Below the pieces are notes generated by a model. The model was not told where the DNA came from. It worked only from the letters and a program-made list of their open reading frames with translations, and made no database searches. A stretch of DNA of 48,659 nucleotides, taken from Pseudonocardia sp. Its GTDB lineage: Bacteria > Actinomycetota > Actinomycetes > Mycobacteriales > Pseudonocardiaceae. Position 1 is the first letter of the stretch. Every line of letters starts with the position of its first letter. Below, piece after piece: positions 11,958-22,087 of this stretch. The stretch lies in NCBI GenBank assembly GCA_029266775.1, contig JAQSWF010000004.1, forward strand, positions 1 through 48,659. Direction: 5' to 3'. Position numbers and translations under genes: made by a program.

Positions 11958-13330
11958 CGTCTGCAGTTCGCCAGCACGTCGATCTACCACTTCCTGTTCG
12001 TGCCGCTGACGATCGGGCTGAGCCTGATCACGGCGATGCTGCAGACCCGGTGGTACCGCACCGGTGAGCCGGAGTACCTGCGGTTGACGAGGTTCTTCGG
12101 CACCTTGCTGGTGATCAACGTGGCGGTCGGCGTCGTCACCGGGCTGGTGCAGGAGTTCCAGTTCGGCATGAACTGGTCGGGATATGCGCGCTTCGTGGGT
12201 GATGTCTTCGGAGCACCGCTCGCGATCGAGGGGCTCGCCGCGTTCTTCCTCGAGTCGGTCTTCCTCGGACTGTGGCTGTTCGGGTGGGACCGCCTCTCCC
12301 GGCGGGCCCACCTGGCGACGATCTGGATGGTGGCGCTGGGTGGTGTGCTCTCCGCCGCGTTCATCATGGCGGCGAACTCCTGGATGCAGAACCCGGTGGG
12401 CTATGCGATCGACCCGTCGACCGGCCGGGCGCAGCTGACGAGCATCACGGCACTGCTGGTCAACCCGGTGTTCCTCCGCAGCTACCTGCACGTGCTGTTG
12501 GCCTCGCTCGTCACGGCGGCGGTCGTGGTGCTGGCGGTGTCGGCGTGGCATCTGCGGCGCGGATCGAGCACGGCGGGGTTCGCGGGCTCGGCCCGACTCG
12601 CCCTGACCGTTCTGGTGCCGGCCACCCTGCTCAACCTGTTGGTCGGCAGCGAGCTCGGGGTCACCGAAGGCGTGTACCAGCCGATGAAGATCGCCGCCGC
12701 CGAGGCGCAGTGGGAGACCTGCCAGCCCTGCTCGTTCTCGCTGTTCCAGATCGGCGGGGGCGCGAACGACCAGACCCGACGAAGATCATTCAGGTTCCGC
12801 ACCTGCTGTCGCTGCTCGCCACCAACTCGTGGAACGGCCAGGTGGTCGGACTCAACGATCTCCAGGCGCAGTACGTGCAGCAGTACGGACCGGGGCAGTA
12901 CGTGCCGAACGTGTTCATCCAGTACTGGTCGATGCGTGGAATGGCCTACCTCGGCAGTCTCCTCCTGCTCGTCGGGCTGTGGGGGCTGTGGCGGCGCAAC
13001 CGGCTGGCGAACTCCCCGTGGTTCCTGCGGGTGGCGATCTGGATGCTGCCGGTGCCGTTCCTGGTGAACACGTTCGGGTGGATCCTCACCGAGAACGGCC
13101 GCCAGCCGTGGATCGTGCAGGGACTGCAGAAGACCCAGGACGCCGCGTCGCCCTCGGTCGGAGCGACGGCACTGGTGACCAGCCTCGTGGTGCTCGTCGC
13201 GCTCTACGCGGTGCTCGCTGTCGTCGACTGGGTCCTCATGGCGCGCTACGCCCGACGGGAGCTCGTGTCCCAGCCGGTCGAGAGCCCTGGCGAGAAACCC
13301 GCGAAACCCGCGTTCGAACCGTCCTACTGA
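11958..13330 (+). CDS. cydA: Cytochrome bd ubiquinol oxidase subunit I (no own start; frameshift at about 12776)
   Basis: RLQFASTSIYHFLFVP, QEFQFGMNWS, ANSWMQNP, QPMKIAA, then in the next frame TENGRQPW. One extra C in ACCC at 12774-12777 restores DQTPTKIIQVP. Confidence 0.88.
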
Positions 13331-13344
13331 TGCCGGGAGTTCGG

Positions 13345-14562
13345 ATGACGCTCGTGTCCTTCTGGTACGTCGTGCTGGTGCTTCTGTGGACCGGGTTCCT
13401 GCTGCTGGAGGGATTCGATTTCGGCGTGGGGATGCTGCACCGTCTCGTCGGGCGGGACGAGGCCGGGGTCCAGACGGCGATCCGCACCATCGGCCCCGTG
13501 TGGGACGGCAACGAGGTGTGGCTGATCGTCGTCGTCGCGGCGACCTTCGCCGCCTTCCCGAGCTGGTTCGCCACCATGCTCTCCGGCTTCTATCCGGTGT
13601 TCCTCGTGGTTCTCGTGGGTCTGATCCTGCGCGGGGTGTCGTTCGAGTTCCGCAGCCACTCGACGGATCCGCGGAGCAGGCGCCTCTGGAGCGCCGCGCT
13701 GACGGTCGGCAGCCTGGTGGTGCCGCTCGGGCTGGGCATCGTGCTCGGTGGCCTCCTCGGCGGCCTCCCGATCGACTCCCAGCAGGAGTTCGTCGGTGAC
13801 GTCGGCGACCTGTTCGGTCTCTACTCGGTCGTGACCGGGGTGACGATCACGCTGCTCTGTCTGGTGCACGGCGCGGCCTTCCTCGCGCTCCGCACCGCGG
13901 ACGACCTCCGTTCGCGTGCCCTCACCGCAGGCAGGGTTGTCGGCCCACCGGCCGCGGTACTGGTCGTCGTCTGGACCCTGTGGACCCGCATCGCGTCCGG
14001 GAACGGCGTGCTCCTGTCGGTGAGCGAGTTCGGCGCCGTGCTGGCCGCGATCGCCGCCGCCGTGCTCCTCGCCGGAGGCCGCGAGGGTGCCGGCTTCGTC
14101 GCCACGTCCCTGGCGCTGGCGGGGGTGGTCGTGTCGCTGTTCTCCGAGCTCGCCCCGCGCGTGATGGTGTCCACCCTCGGTGCGGCGAACGATCTCACGG
14201 CAACCGGAACGGCGTCGTCCCCGTACACGCTGGGCGTGATGACGGTGGTGCTCGCCGTGCTCCTGCCCGTCGTCGTGCTCTACCAGTGGTGGGCCTACCG
14301 CGTCTTCGGCGGTCGCGTGCGCACCGGGCTCGACCAGTCGACCCACCCGTCGGGCACCAGCGCCGAAGCCCTGGTGGGCGGCGGCCGCGGCAGCCGGATT
14401 AACCGGCCGCCCCTGCCGCGGGCCGGTGCAGGGCCGCCGCCGAAGCAGCCACTGGGCCGACTCGCGTCGTGGCTGCTGGCCTGGCTGGCAGCATGGCTGA
14501 TCATGCGCGCGGTGACGGCCGCGGTGTCGGCTGACGGGGATGGGCCGCGCGGACATGTATAA
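13345..14562 (+). CDS. cydB: Cytochrome bd ubiquinol oxidase subunit II with C-terminal extension
   Basis: LEGFDFGVG, IGPVWDGNEVWL, LILRGVSFEFR, YQWWAYRVF. Alternative start 13330. Confidence 0.92.
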   Translation: MTLVSFWYVVLVLLWTGFLLLEGFDFGVGMLHRLVGRDEAGVQTAIRTIGPVWDGNEVWLIVVVAATFAAFPSWFATMLSGFYPVFLVVLVGLILRGVSFEFRSHSTDPRSRRLWSAALTVGSLVVPLGLGIVLGGLLGGLPIDSQQEFVGDVGDLFGLYSVVTGVTITLLCLVHGAAFLALRTADDLRSRALTAGRVVGPPAAVLVVVWTLWTRIASGNGVLLSVSEFGAVLAAIAAAVLLAGGREGAGFVATSLALAGVVVSLFSELAPRVMVSTLGAANDLTATGTASSPYTLGVMTVVLAVLLPVVVLYQWWAYRVFGGRVRTGLDQSTHPSGTSAEALVGGGRGSRINRPPLPRAGAGPPPKQPLGRLASWLLAWLAAWLIMRAVTAAVSADGDGPRGHV

Positions 14563-14575
14563 GCCACGACGAGTG

Positions 14576-14878
14576 ATGTTGACCGAGGCCGAACGTCGGA
14601 AGTTGCGGGCGATCGAGACGGCGCTCGTCGCCGCGGACCCGGCGTTGGCCGCGTTGCTGGACGGCACCGCGGAAGCCGCACTGCTCGCGCGCCGAGTGCG
14701 CAGAAGGCGGTGGACCTACATGCTGGTGTCGGTGTTTCTGTTCGTCGTCGGGGCACTGGCGGCGGACCCGGGGATCATCGCGTTCGGCGGGACTTTGCTG
14801 CTCATCGCCCCGGTGGTCCTGCTGGTGATCGGGCAGGTCGGGCGCTGGAGACCCCCGCCGGATGGCAGGACGTCCTGA
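14576..14878 (+). CDS. DUF3040 domain-containing membrane protein
   Basis: MLTEAERRKLRAIETALVAADPALA followed by two hydrophobic helices. Confidence 0.8.
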   Translation: MLTEAERRKLRAIETALVAADPALAALLDGTAEAALLARRVRRRRWTYMLVSVFLFVVGALAADPGIIAFGGTLLLIAPVVLLVIGQVGRWRPPPDGRTS

Positions 14879-14880
14879 CC

Positions 14881-17502
14881 TCAGCGCGTCAGCGGCAGGC
14901 TCGGCACGAGCAACTCCCGCTCGTGGGCGGCGACGACCGCGGCCCGGCGGCTGCTCACTCCCAGCTTGAGATAGACCGCACGCAGGTGCGACTTCAGGGT
15001 GTTGACCGAGATGGACAGATCTTCGGCGATCTCCTCGAGCGACAGGAGTGACGGGAGCAGGGACAGGACCGTCTGCTCGCGTTCGCTGAGCTGCAGCCCG
15101 GTCTCCGGCCGGTGCAGCGTCCGGCGAGCGCGCGCCGCGCGATCGATCAACGAGCGCAGGCCGTCGGGGCCGTCCGGCCACGCCCGCAGCACCTGCCACA
15201 CGCCCGGGCCGGCCAGGACGAACGGCCGCACGAGATCCAGTCGAGAGCCCAGGGTCAGCGCCTCCTGCACCGCGCGCAGCGCAGCGGTGCGCTGCTCGGT
15301 GGCGAGGGCACATTCGGCGTCGGCGAGCAGGGCCTCCACCCGCGTCGTGGGCAGCAGGGTGGTGACCGTGCCGGCGAGCAGGGGGGCGAGGATCGCTCGC
15401 CCGGCTTCCGGTCGGCCGTGACCGACCTCGGCCCATGCCCTCATGAGAGCGGTCTCGCCGCATTCACCGGCCCGGTCGACGAGCCAGTCGAGCACCACCC
15501 CCGCGTGCGGCCGCCCGAGAGTGTGCGCGGCGCGGTACTCCATCAGCGCGGCGCTCGCGGCGTGCTGCACGGACAGGGGCCGGTCGCCGGCCTCGAGGCG
15601 CGCCCGGAGCATCTCTTCGAACCCCACCGCCCGCTGCCCGGCATCGAAGACGGCGCAGCCGTGCAGCGCACGCAGCCCGAAGCGGATCGACCGGCTTCCT
15701 CCTGCTGTGCTGAGGCCCTGCGCCGTGTAGCGACGTGCCTCACCAGGTTCGCCCCGCAGCAGGGCCGCGTTGGCCAGCAGTGCGCGGGCGAGGTCGACCC
15801 AGACCGAGCCGAGCCAACCGTTGGCGGCTCCGGAAGCGATCACCGCGTCGCCGGCAACCACCATCGAGCGATAGTCCCCGTCTATGGCGGCGCAGCCCGC
15901 CAACAGCGCGCGGCACTGCAGGGCCAGGTAGCCGAACCCCTGTTGCTCCGCCAGATCCAGCACCTCGCAGAGGGCGTGACGGGCCGCCGCCCGATTCTGC
16001 CCATCCGGTAGCTGGTAGATGGCTTCGACCAGGTCGGCCAGGCCGGCCGCAGCCGCTTCGCTCGGCCGTGGACGCGGCAGCCGATGCCGCGCGAACGTGC
16101 CGAAGAACCCGGTGGACTGGCACGCGTGGAAGGCTCGGGCTGCCGCGTGCAGAACGCGGAGCGCCGCACCGGCTGTGTCGGGCCAGGCCAGCTCCGCCTG
16201 CTCCAGCGCCGCCTCAGCCTCCGTCAGCTCACCGGCCTCGATATGGCACATCGCCGAGGTGAGCGCGAGCCACGGATCCTTTCTCACGTCCTCCTCGTCG
16301 AGCCGGCGGAGCGTCCGGCGCAGGAGCGGATGACCGCCGGTGACGACCAGCCGCAGCGCGAACCGGTGGACCAGCTCGACGGCGCGCGACGAGTCACCCG
16401 CCGCGCTGATGTGCACGAGTGCCGGCACCGGGTCGTCGCGCTCGGCCCACCAGGCCGCCGCCTTCTCGTGCAGAGCCGACACTCGAGCGGACATGCCCCG
16501 CTGCATGTCCGCCCGGACGTAGGAGCGCAGAAGAGGCTGCATGCGGTACATCCGTCGTCCTGTGCCCGCCGTGGCGACCATGGACGTCTCGCGTTCCAGA
16601 CGGTTGAGCAGTTCGGCCGCGTCCTGTCGCCCGGAGAGCTCCGCTGCGAGCTCAGGAGGAAACACCTCGCAGACGCTGACTGCGCCGAGGAGGTCGCGGA
16701 TCTCGGGTTCGAAGCCCGAGAGGACCTCACCGACGAGGTACTCAGCAACCGAGCGCTCGTCGCCGGAGAAGGCGGCGAGGGAGGCAGCAGGGTCGGGCGC
16801 ATTCCGCAGGGTGATCGCGGCGAGCCGCAGCGCCGCAGCCCATCCTTCCGTCAGCCCGTGCAGTGTCGTGATCTCCGGATCGTCGAGGCGGGCCCCTGCC
16901 GCGTCGAGAAGTGCCTTGGCCTCGTCCCGCGAGAATCGCAGCTGATCGACCCGAACTTCGTGCACCCGGCCCTCGAGCCGAAGCCTGGGCAGCGCCAGGG
17001 GTGGGTCGAGCCGGCTGGACAGGACAAGCCGCAGTCCGCCCGGACGGTGCCGAATGAGGATGCGCAACGCGTCCAGGGCGTCGGGCGCCAGCAGCGCGTC
17101 GACATTGTCAAGAACCAACCGGACCGACTCGGCGAGGTCGTCCAGGGCGTACACGATCTCGCTCGAGAGCTCGGGAACCGACGCGGGGGGTGCGGCCAGG
17201 AGCCGGCGCACAGCGCTGTCGTCGGACACGGCGGAGGACATCGCCACGGCGCCCATGACATCGAGCAACAGCCGCAGCGGGTCGTTGTCGTCGTCGTCGA
17301 GCGTCAACCACGCCGCAGCCGGCACACGGCGGACGACCCAGTCCGCCAGCAGGGACGTCTTTCCGTATCCGGGCGGGGCGCACACCAGGACGAGCGACTG
17401 TTCGGGAGCACGGTCCAGTTCGTCGAGCAATCGCGATCGCGTCACGAGGCCGATCGGCGCAGCGGGCACCGTTGTCTTCGCGGAAGGAGCGTGCACCGTC
17501 AC
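14881..17502 (-). CDS. MalT-like LuxR-family regulator 1 (STAND NTPase + HTH)
   Basis: Walker A APPGYGKT, LVLDN, SSRLDPPL, TEGWAAALRLAA, C-terminal LSEREQTVL...SVNTLKSHLRAVYLKLGV; GTG 17502 after GGGAGG. Confidence 0.93.
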   Translation of the reverse strand: MTVHAPSAKTTVPAAPIGLVTRSRLLDELDRAPEQSLVLVCAPPGYGKTSLLADWVVRRVPAAAWLTLDDDDNDPLRLLLDVMGAVAMSSAVSDDSAVRRLLAAPPASVPELSSEIVYALDDLAESVRLVLDNVDALLAPDALDALRILIRHRPGGLRLVLSSRLDPPLALPRLRLEGRVHEVRVDQLRFSRDEAKALLDAAGARLDDPEITTLHGLTEGWAAALRLAAITLRNAPDPAASLAAFSGDERSVAEYLVGEVLSGFEPEIRDLLGAVSVCEVFPPELAAELSGRQDAAELLNRLERETSMVATAGTGRRMYRMQPLLRSYVRADMQRGMSARVSALHEKAAAWWAERDDPVPALVHISAAGDSSRAVELVHRFALRLVVTGGHPLLRRTLRRLDEEDVRKDPWLALTSAMCHIEAGELTEAEAALEQAELAWPDTAGAALRVLHAAARAFHACQSTGFFGTFARHRLPRPRPSEAAAAGLADLVEAIYQLPDGQNRAAARHALCEVLDLAEQQGFGYLALQCRALLAGCAAIDGDYRSMVVAGDAVIASGAANGWLGSVWVDLARALLANAALLRGEPGEARRYTAQGLSTAGGSRSIRFGLRALHGCAVFDAGQRAVGFEEMLRARLEAGDRPLSVQHAASAALMEYRAAHTLGRPHAGVVLDWLVDRAGECGETALMRAWAEVGHGRPEAGRAILAPLLAGTVTTLLPTTRVEALLADAECALATEQRTAALRAVQEALTLGSRLDLVRPFVLAGPGVWQVLRAWPDGPDGLRSLIDRAARARRTLHRPETGLQLSEREQTVLSLLPSLLSLEEIAEDLSISVNTLKSHLRAVYLKLGVSSRRAAVVAAHERELLVPSLPLTR

Positions 17503-17748
17503 CCGCCTCCCGACCGACCGAAACTCCCTGCCGGGACCACCACGGGCCCACGTTCCGCTGAATCGTAGCAGCCGAGGTTTCAACGTAAATTGATCGTCGG
17601 CGGTCCCGTCGCGATTCACGGCGCTGTTCGACAGGCAGCAAATCGGGCAATGGCAATATCCTCGTGGCAACCGTCCTATGTGGGGGGTTTACCGGTCCAC
17701 CGCGCCGGTCACTCCGATGGAGAGGTCGACGTGGAGGAGTGTGCGATC

Positions 17749-18030
17749 GTGAAGCCCGAGCACCTCGGCTCCGCCGCCGCGCCGTCACTTGAGGCGCGCC
17801 GCCAGGCGTACGAGGGAGTTCGCGCGCTGCTGTCGGACGACCACAACTATGAGCTCGGCCTCTTCGCCCTGCAGGACGTCATCGACCGCGTTGCCGAGCA
17901 GCAGGGCACCGACATGCTCGCCGCGATGACGTTCGAGATGGCGCTCAAGCTGGCGCAGGCCTTCGAGCGGATCGCGAGCGAGGAGGGCTTGGCAGCGGTC
18001 GACCTCCTTGACGTGTGGTTTGCCGACTGA
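17749..18030 (+). CDS. Small acidic hypothetical protein
   Basis: GGAGGAG RBS, GC-ending codons, helical acidic sequence ending DLLDVWFAD. Confidence 0.7.
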   Translation: MKPEHLGSAAAPSLEARRQAYEGVRALLSDDHNYELGLFALQDVIDRVAEQQGTDMLAAMTFEMALKLAQAFERIASEEGLAAVDLLDVWFAD

Positions 18031-18158
18031 GGGAGACCCTGCCCCGTCCCCGCGAGCCACGGGCACGATCGGTGACGCCGACATACGCCTTGGCATTACC
18101 TACGCATGCTGGGACGCTCCTCGTCGGAGGCTACCGCGGTCTCCGCTCGGGGGGAGCG

Positions 18159-20812
18159 GTGCGCAACGAGGTCCGGAATGATGCTCCGCGGAGAGCCGAT
18201 CCGTTCGACGCCGCGGACCTCAAGTTCGCCGTGCCCGGGACAGGGCGCCTGGTCAGCCGCTCTCGGCTGCACGACACCCTCACCGCGGGCCTCGGCAGCA
18301 CCCTCACGCTGGTCTCGGCACCGGCAGGATGGGGCAAGACGGTCCTGGTGGCGTCGTGGCTGTCGGCCCGGCCGCCGGACCGCCCCGCCGTCTGGATCAG
18401 TCTGGTGGACACGGACGACGATCCGCGCAGCTTCTGGGCGACCGTCGCCGCCGGACTCGCCCGCAAAGTGGGTGAACCGGCGACCACCGCGTTGCGTGAC
18501 ATCGACGCCGTGGATGTCAGCGAGCTTCCCGGCCGCATCGCTGCAGCTCTGACCGGCGCCGGGCCGGTGCTCCTGGTCCTGGACAACCTGCACGAGCTCC
18601 GGTCCGCCGCCGTGCACGAAGGTGTGCTCGGCCTGATCGAACGGCCACCGAAGGGGCTGAGGATCGTCGCCACGAGCCGCGAGGATCCACCGTGGCCCCT
18701 CGACGCGCTCCGGCTCACCGGGGCGCTGTGCGAGGTGCGTTCCGAGGAGCTCGCGTTCCGCGCCCACGAAGCCGGCGTGATGCTGTCGACCGCGGGGATC
18801 GAGCTGGAACCCGACGTCCTCGCTCAACTCGTGGGACGCACCGAGGGTTGGGCGGCCGCCCTCCGTCTGGCTGCCCTCGAGCTGGCGGGAAACCGCGACC
18901 GCGCCGGGCGCGTGGCCACCTTCTCCGGCGACGACCACAGCGTCGCCGGGTACCTGCTCACCGAGGTGCTCGGCCGTGCCGCGCCGCCCGCTCGGGACCT
19001 CCTCGGCAAGATCTGCGTACTCGACTTCGTCTGCGCCGACCTGGCGAACGCGGTCACCGGCTGCAACGACGGTGCGGCTCGGCTCGCCGAGCTGCAGGCG
19101 TCCAACCTCTTCGTCCACTCGATGGGTCGACCGGGGCGCTGGTACCAGCTCCACCGGCTCGTTGCGGACCTGCTGCGCGCGCAGCTGACCGATCCCCGAC
19201 AGCGACGCGATCTCCACCGGCGTGCCGCGGAGTGGCACCGGGAGCACGGTATGCCGCTCGAGGCCGTGCGCTACGCCCTTCGTGGCGGGCTGTGGCGACT
19301 CGCCGCGGACATCGTCGGGGTACACATCGTGCCGCTGGTGATCGGTGGCAGACCGCGCGACCTGCACGTCGAGCTCGGCTCGACACCACGGGAGGTCATC
19401 TGGGCGCATCCCGAGCTGGCCAGTGCACTCGCCGGTGCCCGGGTCATGGAAGGGCGGTCCGAGGAAGTTGCCCAACTGGTCGCAGTCTCCAGGGCCGGAA
19501 TGGCCGACCTGTCGCCACCGCGCGCCCGGCGCACCGAGGTCGTCCTCAACCCGATCGAGGCGGGACTCGCCCGCCTGACCGGTGATCTGCCCCGAGTGAT
19601 CGCGGCGTGCCGGCGAGTGCCGGAGGACGTGCCCGTCCTCAGCAGGCTGGGGCTCGTCGACTGGCACATGCTGAGGATCGTCACGCTCGGCAACCTCGGC
19701 ACGGCCGAGGCGTGGATCGGCGAGCATGTGGACGCGGAGAAGCACCTGCGGGTCGCGATCGACACCGAGCGTTGGGGCCGCACGTTGCTGCCGCACCTCA
19801 ACGCCAAGGCGAACCTGGCGTTGTTGCACTACGAGCGTGGCGACCTGGAGTCCGCAGAGACGGACGCGCTGGCCGCTGTCGACCAGGCGAGGGCGCTGGG
19901 CTGGTCCCGCACCCCGCAGGTGGCGTCGCTGTATCTCGCCCTCGCCGGTCTCCACCTGGACCGCGACGACCTCGAGGCGGCCGACGTCTGGCTCGGGCGC
20001 GTGGCGGACATCGGCGACAGCACAGAACCACATGTGCGCCTGGCCGCCGCGGGACTGCGGGCAGCGCGACGTGCGGCCGCGGGCGACCTCGAGCAGGCGC
20101 TGGTCGGTCTGCGCGCCGCCATCGATCTGGCCGAGGACCATCCGGTCCCGGCGCCGCTGATCGACCGTCTGCTGGTGCTGCAGTTTCAGCTGCTCTGCCG
20201 GCGGCGGACCGCCGTGGTGCAACAGCCACCCTGAGAGCGCTGCGTGACCCCGGTGCACCGGAAGCCGCGATGGCCGCAGCTCAGCTGCACCTGTTCGACG
20301 ACGACGCGTTCGGTGCGGAACGCGTGCTCGCTCGGATCGAGCGGAGCGAGTCGACGCGGCGGCAGGTGTCTCTGCAGGTGCTGACGGCGCTCGCGGCCGA
20401 TGCTCGCCACGACGCCGGCCGTGCCCTTGACCACCTCGAGAACGCCCTGCTCGCGGCTGCCCCCCAGCGTCTGCGGCGGCCCTTCCTCGACCTCGGCGCC
20501 GGCCTCGACCGACTGTTGACGGCACGGCTCGAACGCGGTACCGAGGCGACCGCGTTCGCGGTCGATCTCGCGCAGCGGGCCAGTGGTCAGGTTCCCCGGC
20601 CCGCCGCCACCGGTCCCGTCGACCCGCTCACCACCCGCGAGCAGGTCGTGCTGCGCTACCTCGCGAGCTCGCTGTCGAACGCGGAGATCGCGGCCGAGCT
20701 CTACGTCTCGGTGAACACGGTGAAGAGCCACCAGCGCACGCTCTATCGCAAGCTGGCGGCAGACGGCCGCCGGGACGCGGTGCGCCGGGCTCGCGAGCTG
20801 CACCTGCTGTGA
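18159..20812 (+). CDS. MalT-like LuxR-family regulator 2 (frameshift at about 20200)
   Basis: APAGWGKT, LVLDN and TEGWAAALRLAA in one frame; LTTREQVVL...SVNTVKSHQRTLYRKL in the next. One added base at 20200-20201 joins them. Confidence 0.9.
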
Positions 20813-20835
20813 AAACCCGGTACGTGCGCGACATG

Positions 20836-20852
20836 TCATCCCCGCAGGAGGA
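20836..20852 (+). promoter_or_regulatory. Operator copy TCATCC-CCGCA-GGAGGA
   Basis: One mismatch; AAATCT at 20876-20881, 23 nt downstream; second TCATCC half-site at 20860. Confidence 0.55.
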
Positions 20853-20909
20853 GGTCGTTTCATCCCGGTAGACGGAAATCTCAGCAGCCGCTGATCGAAC
20901 GGAGTGGCC

Positions 20910-21725
20910 ATGACTGGATCATCAGGCGAGCCGGCACCGCCTCGTCTCCCTGCGAACTTCGTGTCCCGGACCCGGCTGCTCGCCCAGCTGGAGAGGGCGT
21001 CGTCGGGCCAGGCGGTCGTCGTGCGGGCACCCGCGGGCTTCGGCAAGACAGCCCTCCTTGCGGACTGGGCCCGCACGGGCGGAGGAGTGGCGTGGTCGCG
21101 GGCGAGGCCGGGATTTGGCGCACTGCTGGCCCAGGTCACCTCCGCACTGGACGCCTTGCCTCCGCCGACCCGGGTGGTCGTCGACGACGTGGACGAGCTG
21201 GACGCGTCGACCGTGCAGGTTCTCGCAGACCTGGTGCGTCGCCGACAGCCTGACGTCCGGCTCGTGCTGGCCGGGCGCCGGCTGAAGGTGGACGGCGCAA
21301 ACGTGTGCACCGTGGAGGCCGAGGACCTCGCGTTCACGCCGGCAGAGATGTCTGCATTCCTGCTGAGCTGCAGCGTGGTCCTCGACGCAGGGCGACTGCG
21401 GCGCCTCCACGCCCGGATCGGCGGTTGGGCCGCCGGGCTGCGGCTCGCCGCACTCTGCCTGCAATGCGGGGAGGACCCCGAGCATGTGCTGGGGGCGCTC
21501 GGGGACGTCGACGACCCCGCCGCCGGTGAAGGCGACGAGCGGACGCCCGATCGGGCGCTGGTTCTCATGATGTCCACGCGTCGCTCGCTTCCGCAGATTG
21601 CCGATCACCTGCAGGTCCCGGTGCCGGTCGCTCGGCGGCGCATGCACGCGACGTACGCCGCGCTGGGTGCGAGCAGCCGCAGAAGTGCCGTGCTGAGCGC
21701 GCAGGAGCGTGGGTTGCTCGGCTGA
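20910..21725 (+). CDS. Miniature MalT-like protein (NTPase + divergent HTH, no sensor region)
   Basis: APAGFGKT, VVVDDVD, LAFT, GGWAAGLRLAAL, then directly SLPQIADHL...YAALGASSRRSAV; about 271 aa; GGAG RBS. Confidence 0.82.
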   Translation: MTGSSGEPAPPRLPANFVSRTRLLAQLERASSGQAVVVRAPAGFGKTALLADWARTGGGVAWSRARPGFGALLAQVTSALDALPPPTRVVVDDVDELDASTVQVLADLVRRRQPDVRLVLAGRRLKVDGANVCTVEAEDLAFTPAEMSAFLLSCSVVLDAGRLRRLHARIGGWAAGLRLAALCLQCGEDPEHVLGALGDVDDPAAGEGDERTPDRALVLMMSTRRSLPQIADHLQVPVPVARRRMHATYAALGASSRRSAVLSAQERGLLG

Positions 21726-21733
21726 ACGGCCGG

Positions 21734-21940
21734 CTAATCCCTGATCTCGTGCATCGAGATCAGGTGAAGGTCCAGCGATCGGACGAGCGCGAGGATCCCG
21801 TGCAGGTGGGACTCGTCGACCACCTCGCCGAAGATGATCGTTTCCGGGGGTGCGTCGGCGACCGCCAGGCCGTAGAACTCATCGCGCGTGCGATCGGACA
21901 ACGATCCTCGGACCCGAAACTCGAAGCGCCTGGCGGTCAT
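21734..21940 (-). CDS. Small conserved hypothetical protein, ACT/ferredoxin-like pattern (copy 2)
   Basis: MTARRFEFRVRG.LSDR...PETIIFGEV.DESHLHGIL; aligns without gaps to 3213-3473. Confidence 0.8.
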   Translation of the reverse strand: MTARRFEFRVRGSLSDRTRDEFYGLAVADAPPETIIFGEVVDESHLHGILALVRSLDLHLISMHEIRD

Positions 21941-22023
21941 TCGCCCCCCAGTGGCTCGCCGGTGCCGGAGCGCGGACGCATCCGGCCGTGCCCCGACAGT
22001 CGTCGGATGGGAGTGGCCGGACA

Positions 22024-22040
22024 TCACCCGAACGAGGTGA
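22024..22040 (-). promoter_or_regulatory. Palindromic operator TCACCC-GAACG-AGGTGA
   Basis: Matches consensus; shares ACATCACCCG with the copy at 921-930; minus-strand GACTGT 22 nt downstream. Confidence 0.68.
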
Positions 22041-22087
22041 GGCACGCGGCGAGCACGGTGATGAGCAGGGCGCTCCACGTCTACCGG

